This document shows, piece after piece, positions 9,683-20,506 of a DNA stretch of 64,000 bases. Below the pieces are notes generated by a model. It was given only the letters and a program-made list of their open reading frames with translations. It did no database searches and was not told where the DNA came from. Made by a program: the position numbers and the translations under genes. This stretch comes from Verrucomicrobiota bacterium. Its GTDB lineage: Bacteria > Verrucomicrobiota > Verrucomicrobiia > Limisphaerales > AAA164-E04. Location: the NCBI GenBank assembly GCA_047947115.1, contig CP170459.1, positions 5,152,001-5,216,000 on the forward strand. The letters are read 5' to 3'. Numbering within the stretch: position 1 is the stretch's first letter; every line of letters starts with the position of its first letter.

Positions 9683-11335
9683 TTAAAAGACTTTGGAACA
9701 AGGCATGGCGTTTCCGAACACTTCAAAATTACGGAAACTCCACACCACCTGTTTGTCTTTGTTCACTTCAATGATCTGGGGGTTTCCGGGACCTGCATGG
9801 CAATTGCCGACCATGTAGTTGCCATTGGGCAACTCCTCAACGGTTGTCACCCATACCAGTTTGATGCCCGGCAAATCGTTTTCCTCGATGGACCAGACGA
9901 CTGTCCCTTCTTTATCCACCTCGAGCACATTGTGGCCGCTGCCGTTCCCGATCAGCGTATTTCCATTCTTGAGTCGCGTCGCACCGTAAACTTCACCCCC
10001 CGTGACAAATTCCCAGACCACTTTTCCGGTCATGTCATATTCGCGCACTGTATGATCGGCTTCATGACAAACCAGGTAGTTTCCGTTGTTCAACTTCCGA
10101 GCCATGCGTGTGTCGCGATGAGGATTACGGTTATCAACTTTCAGAGAGATCTCACGGTGAACAATCCCATTGTGATCCACTTCGATGATACGGGCTGGCC
10201 CGCTCTCTGCGATCATGGTCAACCCGTTGGCCAGACGCTGAAAGGCATGTACCTCGACACGTTGTCCTGTGTTGCCGTTCATCGCCGCGGCGTCATAACT
10301 CCAGACCACTTCCTGTTCGGAGTTCATTTCAACCAGTTTGGTCCAGCTGGTCTGAAAAAGAATGTTTCCGTTCGGCAGCACGCTCAGATCATGGATATCT
10401 CGGACACGGTGTTCCCATTCGATATTCCCGGATTCATCGACGAGAGCGATGCGCTTTTTCGAATAATCCCCGGCAAGAATCTTTCGTCCTTTCAACGCCG
10501 TTTGCTTGGCCGGACCATACCCAGCCGTGGGAGATCCGTCTGCATCCAACTCACCCACAGCCCAGAGCAGGCCTCGTGAAACCATGTCGAGATAAACAGG
10601 CGATTGCATGGTTTCGTTGTGGTGACCAAGCGTCGTGGTGAACACACGCGCATTTCCCAAATGATTCAACCAGACACAGACGTGATCTTTTTGGGTGTCC
10701 TTCCCAAAAGCCTTGGCCAACGGAATGGCATCGGGCCACATTTTTTCAATCTTGTACAACTCGCCATTTGGAGTATGCCACACAGGAGGAAAAGTTTTCA
10801 TGATCGGATGATTGGGGCGAAGATTTTCCACATCCAAGGGGCGATGTCCTTCATGACTCATGGATCGGGCTCCCATCAAGGACCGCCAAGCATCGGTTTT
10901 GGCTGCCCGATAACTATGAAGCGAACAATGAATGAAGACAGCAGGAATTCCTTTCTCGGTATGAGTCTTTACGAGGGACTCCAACCAATCGACATCGGTC
11001 ACTCCACCAAAGCATTCATTATGCACCACCACATCATAACCATCCGCCCAGTGCGGATCATCATACACTGGAATCTGGACATCTCGAGCAGTCCCGCCTT
11101 GATTCACCAACGTCCAATCAACGCGGGCCCTCGAAGAAATCCCCTCGGAGAGAATCAGGTTCTGATTGGGATAGTCATGACAACACCCGCCGGAAATCAT
11201 CAGGGCACGAATCGGTTTCACAGATTCCCCCAACACGGAGTCCAATTGAACAACCGCGAACAACACAAGCAGGGTCATAGATACCAACCGAAGGCGGGCA
11301 CTTAATGTGGAATGGAATGCATTCATCATATTCAT
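9683..11335 (-). CDS. ThuA-like domain fused to a PQQ-like/arylsulfotransferase-like beta-propeller
   Basis: GGCCHDY, HNEC, TTLGHH (ThuA-like); repeated LxNGNxL ... VVWxY blades in the C-terminal half; start chosen for the signal peptide. Confidence 0.8.
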   Translation of the reverse strand: MNMMNAFHSTLSARLRLVSMTLLVLFAVVQLDSVLGESVKPIRALMISGGCCHDYPNQNLILSEGISSRARVDWTLVNQGGTARDVQIPVYDDPHWADGYDVVVHNECFGGVTDVDWLESLVKTHTEKGIPAVFIHCSLHSYRAAKTDAWRSLMGARSMSHEGHRPLDVENLRPNHPIMKTFPPVWHTPNGELYKIEKMWPDAIPLAKAFGKDTQKDHVCVWLNHLGNARVFTTTLGHHNETMQSPVYLDMVSRGLLWAVGELDADGSPTAGYGPAKQTALKGRKILAGDYSKKRIALVDESGNIEWEHRVRDIHDLSVLPNGNILFQTSWTKLVEMNSEQEVVWSYDAAAMNGNTGQRVEVHAFQRLANGLTMIAESGPARIIEVDHNGIVHREISLKVDNRNPHRDTRMARKLNNGNYLVCHEADHTVREYDMTGKVVWEFVTGGEVYGATRLKNGNTLIGNGSGHNVLEVDKEGTVVWSIEENDLPGIKLVWVTTVEELPNGNYMVGNCHAGPGNPQIIEVNKDKQVVWSFRNFEVFGNAMPCSKVF

Positions 11336-11523
11336 TTTAAAACTGGGTAAGAGAAAACTAAAGAAATCCACACAATTGGAAACAATTTTTTTACAGCAGA
11401 GCACGGTGTCCCGATGCAAACCCTGCGAGATAATCATTCAAATTTGCCATCCAAAGGAATACCAAAGGACTTTGGACACCTCATATCCGCACCGAAACCA
11501 AAGGTTCCACATGAGATGGACAT

Positions 11524-11562
11524 AAAAAAAGCGATCCCCTCACCAAAAAAGGGATCGCTTTT
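11524..11562 (-). terminator. Intrinsic terminator after gltB (bidirectional-looking)
   Basis: AAAAAAAGCGATCCC-N12-GGGATCGCTTTT. Confidence 0.75.
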
Positions 11563-11581
11563 GTAAAAGATAATACCGTGT

Positions 11582-14500
11582 TTAGAAGCTGCCAGACGGA
11601 GCCGGTTCGGGCTTGTCAGGATTCAGCTCATGCACCGGTTTGGAAGCAGGCTTGGCTTCTGGAGGATGTGGCACCACTTTCCAGAAATTGGCCACTTCGG
11701 CCTCCCAGTGCTGCAACAAAGCTGCCGCTTTGGGAGATGTTGTGCGATCCAGATGATCCTGAACGAGTTGTTTGAGCATCTCAATCTCCTCCGAATCGGA
11801 CAACCGCTCAATATCCACCATGGACTGGTTATAGCGGTTTGGAAACTTGCCGTTTTCGTCATAGACATATGCCATTCCGCCACTCATACCGGCGGCAAAA
11901 TTACGCCCGGTCTCCCCAAGCACCACAGCCACACCACCGGTCATGTATTCGCAACCATGATCGCCGACCCCTTCAACAACGGATATGGAACCGGAATTAC
12001 GAACGCCAAAACGCTCTCCAGCTGAACCGGCTGCAAACAGGCGTCCACCGGTCGCACCATACAGACAGGTGTTTCCGATAATCACATTCTTCGACCAGTC
12101 GAAACTGACACCGTCCTGAGGGCGCACAATGATCTCGCCACCGTTCATGCCTTTGCCTACATAGTCATTGGCTTCTCCCAACAGACGCAGGACAATCCCT
12201 TTCGCCAGAAACGTTCCGAAACTCTGCCCGGCACTTCCGGTCAAGGTCAAATCAACGGAGCCATCCGGCAAACCACTGTCTCCGTATGTGTAACCGATAA
12301 TCCCTGAGACACGAGTCCCGATGTTACGACAGATGTTGTTGATCTTGTAATTCAACTTGACGCTGCCTTTGCCCTGGAGGGCGTGTTTGGCATCATTCAC
12401 AATCCGGTCATCCAAAGAGCTGTCACCGAACCGTTCGTTGCGTTCGCGTGTGTGAATACGAGACACGGAACCGGAATCATCCGCCTGCCAGAGCAGGCGA
12501 TCCAGATTCAATGCCGCAACCTTGGAGCGGATTGATTCATCAAACTGCTCTGCTGAACGGACTTCCAGCAGATCGGTCCGACCAACCAAGTCATTGAACT
12601 TGCGAATCCCCAAAGAGGCCATGAGTTCACGTACTTCTTCAGCCACGGCATCGAAGAAGGCCACGACATTTTCGGGCTTGCCCCGGAATTTGAGACGCAG
12701 ATCATCTCGTTGCGTAGCCACTCCAACAGGACAGGTATTGAGATGACAAACACGGAACATGGCGCATCCTGCAGCGATCAGGGCGGCCGTTCCAAAGTTG
12801 AACTCCTCGGCACCGAGCAATCCACCCATGATGATGTCCAACCCTGTTTTCATACAACCATCCGTTCTGAGCACGACTCGTGATCGGAGGTCATTCAACA
12901 TCAAGGTTTGCTGAGCCTCTGCAATTCCGAGTTCAAAAGGCACCCCGGCGTTCTTGATGGAACTTTGCGGAGAAGCACCCGTGCCGCCATCGTTGCCGCT
13001 GATCAGAATCACATCGGCAAACGCCTTGGCCACGCCGGCAGCAACCGTACCCACTCCGGCACAAGCCACAAGTTTCACGCAGACTTTGGCGCGCGGATTG
13101 ACCTGTTTAAGGTCATAGATCAACTGTGCCAGATCCTCAATTGAGTAAATATCATGGTGCGGCGGAGGCGAGATCAACGGCACACCGGGTGTGCTGTGAC
13201 GCAACTTGGCAATCAAAGGGGTCACCTTGTGACCAGGCAACTGACCACCTTCACCTGGTTTGGCACCCTGAGCCACTTTAATTTCAATTTCCTGCGCACT
13301 GGCGAGATACTCCGGGGTGACGCCAAAACGACCGGAGGCTACCTGCTTGATCGCGGAACAGGCATTGTCGCCGTTTTCCCGCGGCGTAAATCGTTCCGCA
13401 TCTTCACCACCTTCCCCTGAGTTGGATTTCCCTCCAATGCGGTTCATCGCTATCGCGAGGCATTCATGAGCTTCAGGAGACAAAGCTCCCATACTCATGG
13501 CAGCGGTTGTGAAACGCTGACGAATGTTTTCGATCGGTTCGACCTGTTCCAGCGGTATGGGCTGAAGTCCGGATTTGAACTGGAATAGATCGCGAAGATG
13601 GATGGGATCCCGTTTTTCGGCGGTTTCCAGGTAATTCATGAAGGATTCACGATCCTGATTGCGCAGGAACTTGTGCATGGTCTGCACCACCTTCTTGTTG
13701 TAGGCATGTAATTCACCGCGATCTCCAGGCAGCACCTTGTAATTTCCCCCTTCATCCAGTGTGGCCTCATCGGGGTTGACATAGCCTTGCTGGTGACGGC
13801 GATTGGAATCGGTGGCAATATGATCGAAATGGATACCGCCGATCTGCGAGGTGGTACCAAAGAAACACTCTTCGATAACCTGATCCGACAAACCGACCGC
13901 TTCAAACACCTGTCCGCCACGGTAGCTGCTCATGGTTGAAATGCCCATCTTTGCCATGATTTTGAGCATGCCATTTTCGATGGCCGTGCGGTAGTTGGCG
14001 ATGGCTTCGTCAATCGAAACATCATCCAGCTTGCCGTCCTCGGCCCATTGACGAATCAGATCAATGGCAACATAAGGATTCACCGCCGAAGCACCGCATC
14101 CAACCAAACAGGCAAAGTGATGCACATCACGTGCTTCACCTGTCTCACAGACGATCGAAGTTTTCAACCGCTTGCCTTCGCGGATCAGATGATGATGCAC
14201 CGCGCCCACAACAAGCAGCATCGGAATCGGAACATTGTCCGCATCCGTTCCGCGATCACTTAGAATAATCACACTGCAACCCTGATCAACCGCATCGGAG
14301 GCCTTCTGGCAAACCCCTCTAAGACTGGTCAGCAAGGAATCTCCGTCACCTCCGGCTGGAAAGTGGCAGGGAAAGGTCTGGGCGTTGACATGAGGGTGGT
14401 CCATGTTTGCCAGAGCCGCCAGTTCGTATTCCAACAAAAACGGCGAATCAAGGCGAACCAAGCTTGCATGCTGAGGCGATTCTTCCAACCAGGACCGACG

Positions 14501-16144
14501 ATGCCCCATACAGGTGGACAGGGACATGACAATCTTTTCACGAATACTGTCGATGGCCGGGTTGGTGACCTGGGCGAACAATTGCTTGAAATAGGAGTAG
14601 AGCAGTCGTGGTTTTTTACTCAGGACCGACAACGGAGTATCATCTCCCATGGCCCCAATGGCTTCGGCGCCATTGGTGATCATGGGACGGAAAATAACGT
14701 CCAATTCCTCCTCATCCCAGCCAAACGCAATTTTCTGCAGCTTGAGATCAAGGATATTGATCGGTTTCTCTGATGCTTGGATGGGTTTGGCGTGATCACG
14801 GAGATACACCATGTTTTCCTCGCACCATGTGCCATAAGGTTGCTGGGCGGCGACGGACTTTTTGACTTCGTCGTTGTCCATCAGACGGCCTTCGACCGTA
14901 TCGATGGCCATGATCTTGCCGGGGCCAAGGCGTCCTTTGCTATGAATTTCCTTGTCATCCAGCTCCACCATGCCGGCTTCACTACCAAAAACAATCAAAC
15001 CATCCTTATAAAGCTTGTAACGTGCCGGGCGAAGTCCATTACGGTCCAGAGTCGCGCCAACGTACCGACCATCGGTGAACACAACAGCAGCCGGGCCATC
15101 CCATGGCTCGTTAAGACAGGCGTGGTAACGATAGAAATCACGGACATCCGGATCCATGTCCTCCATCTTTTCCCAAGCCTCCGGCGCCAACATCAACACA
15201 CTGTGGAGGATATTGCGTCCGGAAAGACGCAGGATTTCAAGAGCATTGTCCAAAGCGGCGGAATCGGAACTTTCCGGCTGGATGATCTGGCGGAGATGTT
15301 CAATATTGTCGCCCCAGATAGGAGATGTGATTTCCTGTTCACGCGCACGCGTCCAGTTTTTATTCCCCAAAAGCGTATTGATTTCGCCATTGTGGGCCAT
15401 GGTTCGGTAAGGATGCGCCAAACGCCAGGTCGGGAACGTGTTGGTGCTATATCGTTGATGAAACACAGCAAGCGATGTTTCAAACAATGGACTTTGCAGG
15501 TCACGGAAAAACTGAGCCAATTGAGGCGCGTTGAAAAGTCCTTTATAAACAATCGTCTGAGAGGAATAGGACGCCACATAAAAATCCTCAATCCCCTCAT
15601 CACGGGTGCGTTGCCCCGCCACCTTTCTGGCGAGAAACAAATGACGTTCGAATGTGTCGTTATCCCAACCTTCGCCCCGTGCCACCAAAATCTGCTTCAT
15701 GGAAGGCAGAGTGGCGATCGCTTTTTCTCCAAGACATTTGGAGCAAGTGGGCACATCACGCCAGCCAAGGACTTTCATTCCGAACTCCTCGGTCGCCTTT
15801 TCCAGAATCTCCTGGCCCAGTGCGGCAAGCTTCTTGCGTTTTGCCGGCAGAAAAACAAAACCAACGCCGATTTCTTCCTCAACCGACTCCTGATTGCTGA
15901 TGCGTGCGGCTTCCGCCTGGAAAAAAGGTTGTGGCAGTTGAATCAACACACCGGCGCCGTCACCGGTCTTGGCATCAGCATCGAGAGCACCCCGATGCGC
16001 CAAGTTACAAAGCGCCTCCAGAGCATAATCCAGAATGCGACGCTCTTTCTTACCATTGGTGTTGGCGACAAATCCAACACCGCAGGCGTCGTGTTCAAAT
16101 TTCGAGTTGTAGAGAGAATTCTTAACTTTTGGAAACATAGGCAA
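11582..16144 (-). CDS. gltB: Glutamate synthase large subunit
   Basis: EHDACGVGF (N-terminal nucleophile Cys), HQRYSTNT, HNGEINT, KQVASGRFGV, QGAKPGEGGQLPG, 3Fe-4S CAMFRVCHLNTCPVG, GXGXG domain; start 16144 or 16138. Confidence 0.98.
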   Translation of the reverse strand: MPMFPKVKNSLYNSKFEHDACGVGFVANTNGKKERRILDYALEALCNLAHRGALDADAKTGDGAGVLIQLPQPFFQAEAARISNQESVEEEIGVGFVFLPAKRKKLAALGQEILEKATEEFGMKVLGWRDVPTCSKCLGEKAIATLPSMKQILVARGEGWDNDTFERHLFLARKVAGQRTRDEGIEDFYVASYSSQTIVYKGLFNAPQLAQFFRDLQSPLFETSLAVFHQRYSTNTFPTWRLAHPYRTMAHNGEINTLLGNKNWTRAREQEITSPIWGDNIEHLRQIIQPESSDSAALDNALEILRLSGRNILHSVLMLAPEAWEKMEDMDPDVRDFYRYHACLNEPWDGPAAVVFTDGRYVGATLDRNGLRPARYKLYKDGLIVFGSEAGMVELDDKEIHSKGRLGPGKIMAIDTVEGRLMDNDEVKKSVAAQQPYGTWCEENMVYLRDHAKPIQASEKPINILDLKLQKIAFGWDEEELDVIFRPMITNGAEAIGAMGDDTPLSVLSKKPRLLYSYFKQLFAQVTNPAIDSIREKIVMSLSTCMGHRRSWLEESPQHASLVRLDSPFLLEYELAALANMDHPHVNAQTFPCHFPAGGDGDSLLTSLRGVCQKASDAVDQGCSVIILSDRGTDADNVPIPMLLVVGAVHHHLIREGKRLKTSIVCETGEARDVHHFACLVGCGASAVNPYVAIDLIRQWAEDGKLDDVSIDEAIANYRTAIENGMLKIMAKMGISTMSSYRGGQVFEAVGLSDQVIEECFFGTTSQIGGIHFDHIATDSNRRHQQGYVNPDEATLDEGGNYKVLPGDRGELHAYNKKVVQTMHKFLRNQDRESFMNYLETAEKRDPIHLRDLFQFKSGLQPIPLEQVEPIENIRQRFTTAAMSMGALSPEAHECLAIAMNRIGGKSNSGEGGEDAERFTPRENGDNACSAIKQVASGRFGVTPEYLASAQEIEIKVAQGAKPGEGGQLPGHKVTPLIAKLRHSTPGVPLISPPPHHDIYSIEDLAQLIYDLKQVNPRAKVCVKLVACAGVGTVAAGVAKAFADVILISGNDGGTGASPQSSIKNAGVPFELGIAEAQQTLMLNDLRSRVVLRTDGCMKTGLDIIMGGLLGAEEFNFGTAALIAAGCAMFRVCHLNTCPVGVATQRDDLRLKFRGKPENVVAFFDAVAEEVRELMASLGIRKFNDLVGRTDLLEVRSAEQFDESIRSKVAALNLDRLLWQADDSGSVSRIHTRERNERFGDSSLDDRIVNDAKHALQGKGSVKLNYKINNICRNIGTRVSGIIGYTYGDSGLPDGSVDLTLTGSAGQSFGTFLAKGIVLRLLGEANDYVGKGMNGGEIIVRPQDGVSFDWSKNVIIGNTCLYGATGGRLFAAGSAGERFGVRNSGSISVVEGVGDHGCEYMTGGVAVVLGETGRNFAAGMSGGMAYVYDENGKFPNRYNQSMVDIERLSDSEEIEMLKQLVQDHLDRTTSPKAAALLQHWEAEVANFWKVVPHPPEAKPASKPVHELNPDKPEPAPSGSF

Positions 16145-16359
16145 ATCTCAGTCTCTTTACCAAGGCCCGTGGACCTTACTTTCTTGCCAGAGTGGACGCA
16201 ATGGCTTTTTTGCTCCCTGAATTGGCGGATGCCGAACGGCCGGGAAGGAAACCAGACATTCGCCCTCAAGTCAAGCCCTGCTAACATGCTCCCCAAAAGA
16301 CGGCCGGCCCTATACATTGGATCGACACCATACGCTCATTCAGCGCGAGACAACCCCCA

Positions 16360-17262
16360 TCAGGAGACAAGTCCCCGCGTCTGATGGGCATGACGGTCCA
16401 ATCGGATCTGAACTTTTGTCAACAGCCAGGAGGATAGAACCACACCCGCGACCGTGAAGATCAAAATCGACCATCCCGCTGCATCATGGCTCAATTCTAT
16501 CGCTTCAACCCCATGCATATGCGCCTGGTAACTGAGAAAAAAAACACGCACCAAGTTTCCCAAAATCGCCAGCATCACCCCCATCACGAAGAGCAGGCCT
16601 CTTAATAATAAACTTCGAAGGCTGATAAAACCTATAAACAAAGTGGCCATAACAGAACTTTGCAAACTGCGAATTCCGCTGCAGGCGTCATCCACCCCGA
16701 CCGGTCCTGTGCTTAAATGGATGACGCTTCCGGCAAGATTGGCAGGGATGCCGAAGAGAGTCAGCAACTCGACAGTAAACGCTGCCACCTGATGCTGAAG
16801 GCCATTGACCAAAATCCCCTGAACAACAGAGGGCATTGGAAGCGAGATAAGAATAAAAGCGTAAGCGAACAGAAAACAAGCCACGCCCTTCCAGCCAAAA
16901 ACGACATGCAGATTGGCAAACACCATTAGCATGGCGGCCAGGGCAAGCCCCACCATGGAAGCCGGTTTGAGCCCAAAAGCGGCCTGGTAGATCTGAAAAA
17001 TAAAAAAGAGTCCCACACTGAGCAGTCCCGCAGAAGCTGAAACCCAGGAAGGCCTGAGTTGAATAGCAGGTTTGCGCTGCCAGGATTCCCAAAAAATAAA
17101 GCCACACAACAAAGCCACCACCCAACCGAATTCCAAGTCGGATTGATGACTCCAAAACCACGAAGCCTTGGTCCCCAACCACCCCAAAGCAATAAAGCTG
17201 GGAAGCAAATGCAACAGTATCGTTTTGTCGGATATAGAATATTGCTGTTCCATATGAGCCAT
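16360..17262 (-). CDS. Exosortase/archaeosortase family transpeptidase
   Basis: Multi-pass membrane protein with VDDACSGIRSL (Cys), GNLVRV (Arg), SHDAAG (His). Confidence 0.9.
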   Translation of the reverse strand: MAHMEQQYSISDKTILLHLLPSFIALGWLGTKASWFWSHQSDLEFGWVVALLCGFIFWESWQRKPAIQLRPSWVSASAGLLSVGLFFIFQIYQAAFGLKPASMVGLALAAMLMVFANLHVVFGWKGVACFLFAYAFILISLPMPSVVQGILVNGLQHQVAAFTVELLTLFGIPANLAGSVIHLSTGPVGVDDACSGIRSLQSSVMATLFIGFISLRSLLLRGLLFVMGVMLAILGNLVRVFFLSYQAHMHGVEAIELSHDAAGWSILIFTVAGVVLSSWLLTKVQIRLDRHAHQTRGLVS

Positions 17263-17271
17263 GGGAAAGGT

Positions 17272-18123
17272 TCAATCAACTGAGGATTCCGTCGATGAAG
17301 TGGCATCGACCCGCCGGGCGCTCCACGCGGCCAGCTCTTCCTTGTAACCCTTTCGAATCAACCATTTTTGAAGGAACTTCTGTAAGATTTGATCTCCTTC
17401 CTCCAGGTAACTGGGTTCGATCTGTGTCGAAACGCGCACAAATTGTTTCGGACCGAGCAGTGGGCGGCGACTCTTGAATGCATCAAATACACGACCCCAC
17501 AACTTCTGGTCGATCAAACGATAGGAAGTGCCACTTGAATGCTCCACATCGGGATTGAGCTGGTATTTCATGGCAACCGACAGATTATGGTCCAGACGAT
17601 ACGGCAGAGTTTGCCCGCCAACCAAACCGAGAAAGTATACCAGCTCATATCGGGATCCGTTGACGAACAGGCGACGTTCAAAGCCCAGGGGTTGCCCCGC
17701 CAGCTCCATCTCCACATAATCGGGCTCTATGGGTTGAATTTTCCACCCGCCCTCGGTCCAGCAACGATCCGGCGTGTGCACAAACAAACCAATCTCATTC
17801 ATGGATTCGCTGTACCTCTTGGCCATGAAAGCCAGCACCGGCTGCCAGGCATCATCCGTAAACACTCCATTAAACGTCTCATCGGCCACCAGTTGACGTT
17901 CCAAAGCCTCACCAATGGGCTGATCCACAAATCTGTATCCCTCCACTTCCTGACTTGGAGAAAACCAATACTGGTCACCCAGCTTTGCAGACCGGGTGTA
18001 CCAGACAGGGGGAAAACCCCATAATCCGATCAGAACAAGAGAGACTGACACGACCCAGAACCATTGCGGTCTAAGCATTTCATTTGAAGCTTTATTATTC
18101 CTTGAATGATGCTGATCAACCAT
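17272..18123 (-). CDS. Exosortase-associated EpsI-like periplasmic protein
   Basis: N-terminal TM; HTPDRCWTEGGW motif; FVRVST near the C-terminus; 9 nt upstream of the exosortase; start may be 18078. Confidence 0.8.
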   Translation of the reverse strand: MVDQHHSRNNKASNEMLRPQWFWVVSVSLVLIGLWGFPPVWYTRSAKLGDQYWFSPSQEVEGYRFVDQPIGEALERQLVADETFNGVFTDDAWQPVLAFMAKRYSESMNEIGLFVHTPDRCWTEGGWKIQPIEPDYVEMELAGQPLGFERRLFVNGSRYELVYFLGLVGGQTLPYRLDHNLSVAMKYQLNPDVEHSSGTSYRLIDQKLWGRVFDAFKSRRPLLGPKQFVRVSTQIEPSYLEEGDQILQKFLQKWLIRKGYKEELAAWSARRVDATSSTESSVD

Positions 18124-18289
18124 TTTCAGGATCCATTCATAAGCAAACTGAAAACAGTTACAAGCATCAAAAATGAGTCAATCAAGACACTCTTTCACCA
18201 CATCCATCATCAATTAATATAATTCAAAACAAAAGATCATTTTAACTCATTTCACTGGCTACCTAGTGGTTTTAGTTTTTTTATAAATC

Positions 18290-20488
18290 TCAAAAAATGC
18301 TAAAAGTCGCCGCGAGAGCCGCCATCACAATAGCCACCATACTCATGAGTTTTATTAAAATATTCAAACTGGGGCCGGAAGTGTCTTTGAAAGGATCCCC
18401 CACGGTATCACCAATCACCGTGGCTTTATGAGCTTCGCTTCCCTTGCCTCCCAAATGGCCTTCTTCAATATACTTTTTGGCGTTGTCCCAGGCTCCACCT
18501 GCATTCGCCATGAAGATGGCCAGCACAAACCCCGTCGAAACCCCGCCAACAAGCAATCCCATCACCCCCGGCACTCCCATCAGTATGCCGACCAATACGG
18601 GCGCAAGAATGGCAATAAAGGAAGGAACCACCATTTCCAACTGTGCTGCCCTTGTGGATATCTCAACACATCGTTCATAATCAGGCTCGGCCTTGCCTTC
18701 GAGAATTCCTTTGATCTCTTTGAACTGACGCCTTACTTCGGCCACCATTTTATATGCGGCGCGTCCCACGGCATTCATCGTCAAACCGCAGAATAGAAAC
18801 GAAATCACCGCCCCCAGAAAGATCCCCACCAGCAATCGTGGGTTCATAATCGTCAGTTCAAAATAATCAATCAAAGTGGCCAAATCCATATCCTTGACCT
18901 GAACAGTTGCTCCCGACGCAAGTTCCAGGGTGTCTCGACCGGTGCGAATCAATCCCACTTTGACTTGTTCCAGATAGGATGCCAGCAGTGCCAGTGCGGT
19001 CAAAGCCGCGGATCCGATGGCGTAACCTTTCCCTGTGGCGGCGGTGGTATTGCCCAAAGAATCAAGAGCGTCCGTGCGATTCCGAACAGATTCACCCAAC
19101 TGGCACATCTCGGCATTCCCGCCCGCATTGTCGGCGATTGGACCGTACGCGTCTGTGGACAAAGTAATCCCAAGGGTGGACAGCATCCCGACAGCCGCGA
19201 TACCAATCCCGTATAAACCCAGATTCAGCGCATCATAGTTCCATCCCGAGGCAAAGAGGAAGGCCATCAGAATCGCAATGGCAATGGCAAGCACTGGAAC
19301 AACGGTTGAAATCATCCCGGTCCCCAACCCGGAAATAATCACGGTTGCTGGTCCGGTCTCCCCATTTTCGGCGATTCGCTGTGTCGGGGCGTAGGAGGAG
19401 GAAGTGAAGTATTCAATCGATTTGCCAATCACTGTCCCTGTCAGGATACCCGTGGCAATGGCTCCCCAAATTCCCCACATGGAAGGAAAATCCAGGACTT
19501 TCAGAACGATCCATGCCCCCATTAAATTCAGGAAAGTCGTGGTGAGAATGGCGCGATCCAGGGACTTGAGCAGGTCACGTTGCGTGGCCTTTTCTTTCGT
19601 TTTCACCAACTGCACACCGATCACCGAAGCCACGATCCCCAGAGCCGCCAACAGCAGGGGTGCCAGCACGGCCTTGGTTTGAACAGCAGGATCGGAAAGA
19701 AATGCGGCAGCACCCAAAGCTGCCGTGGCGAGAATGGAGCCGTAGTAGGATTCATACAAATCGGCCCCCATGCCGGCAATGTCCCCCACGTTATCTCCGA
19801 CGTTATCGGCGATGGTGGCCGGATTCCTGGGGTCATCCTCCGGAATACCCGCTTCCACTTTCCCCACCAGATCAGCTCCAACATCCGCGGCCTTGGTAAA
19901 GATCCCGCCACCCAAGCGGGCAAACAAAGCCTGTGCCGACGCCCCCATAACGAAGGTGAGCATCGTCGTTGTGATCAAAACCATGGTCTGCCCATCTCCG
20001 GTACGATCCGGGTAAACCAAATTCAGCACAACCATCCAGAAGCTAATGTCGAGCAGCGCCAGGCCCACCACCACCAATCCCATGACCGCACCACTGCGAA
20101 AAGCGATGCGCAGTCCCCCATTCAACGATTCTCTGCAAGCCTGCGCCGTTCGCGCCGAGGCCTGAGTGGCGGTCTTCATGCCGAAAAAGCCTGCCAGAGC
20201 GGAAAGGAAGCCACCGGTTAAAAACGAGAAAGGCACCCAGGGATTCAACAACCCCACCCCATAGGCCAAAATAGCAAACACAACCGCCAGGGCGACAAAG
20301 ATGAGACCCACCACCTTGTATTGCTGCTTGAGATAAGCCATGGCTCCTTTGCGAACATGCAAGGCGATGGCTTTCATTTTATCCGTTCCTTCACTGTAGG
20401 TCATGATTTGCCGGTAATAGTACCAGGCGGATCCCAAAGCCAGGAGGGCGGCGCACGGAGTTAACCAGAAAACAGGATTTTGAATCAT
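18290..20488 (-). CDS. hppA: K+-dependent membrane pyrophosphatase (Na+-translocating type)
   Basis: [38 protein letters not shown] (Ala at the K+-dependence position), [14 protein letters not shown]. Confidence 0.97.
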   Translation of the reverse strand: MIQNPVFWLTPCAALLALGSAWYYYRQIMTYSEGTDKMKAIALHVRKGAMAYLKQQYKVVGLIFVALAVVFAILAYGVGLLNPWVPFSFLTGGFLSALAGFFGMKTATQASARTAQACRESLNGGLRIAFRSGAVMGLVVVGLALLDISFWMVVLNLVYPDRTGDGQTMVLITTTMLTFVMGASAQALFARLGGGIFTKAADVGADLVGKVEAGIPEDDPRNPATIADNVGDNVGDIAGMGADLYESYYGSILATAALGAAAFLSDPAVQTKAVLAPLLLAALGIVASVIGVQLVKTKEKATQRDLLKSLDRAILTTTFLNLMGAWIVLKVLDFPSMWGIWGAIATGILTGTVIGKSIEYFTSSSYAPTQRIAENGETGPATVIISGLGTGMISTVVPVLAIAIAILMAFLFASGWNYDALNLGLYGIGIAAVGMLSTLGITLSTDAYGPIADNAGGNAEMCQLGESVRNRTDALDSLGNTTAATGKGYAIGSAALTALALLASYLEQVKVGLIRTGRDTLELASGATVQVKDMDLATLIDYFELTIMNPRLLVGIFLGAVISFLFCGLTMNAVGRAAYKMVAEVRRQFKEIKGILEGKAEPDYERCVEISTRAAQLEMVVPSFIAILAPVLVGILMGVPGVMGLLVGGVSTGFVLAIFMANAGGAWDNAKKYIEEGHLGGKGSEAHKATVIGDTVGDPFKDTSGPSLNILIKLMSMVAIVMAALAATFSIF

Positions 20489-20506
20489 AGGATTTTTGTA
20501 GGGTTG

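Noticed and set aside
14777..16384. 535-aa plus-strand ORF
   Set aside because: Antisense shadow of gltB with no recognisable motifs.
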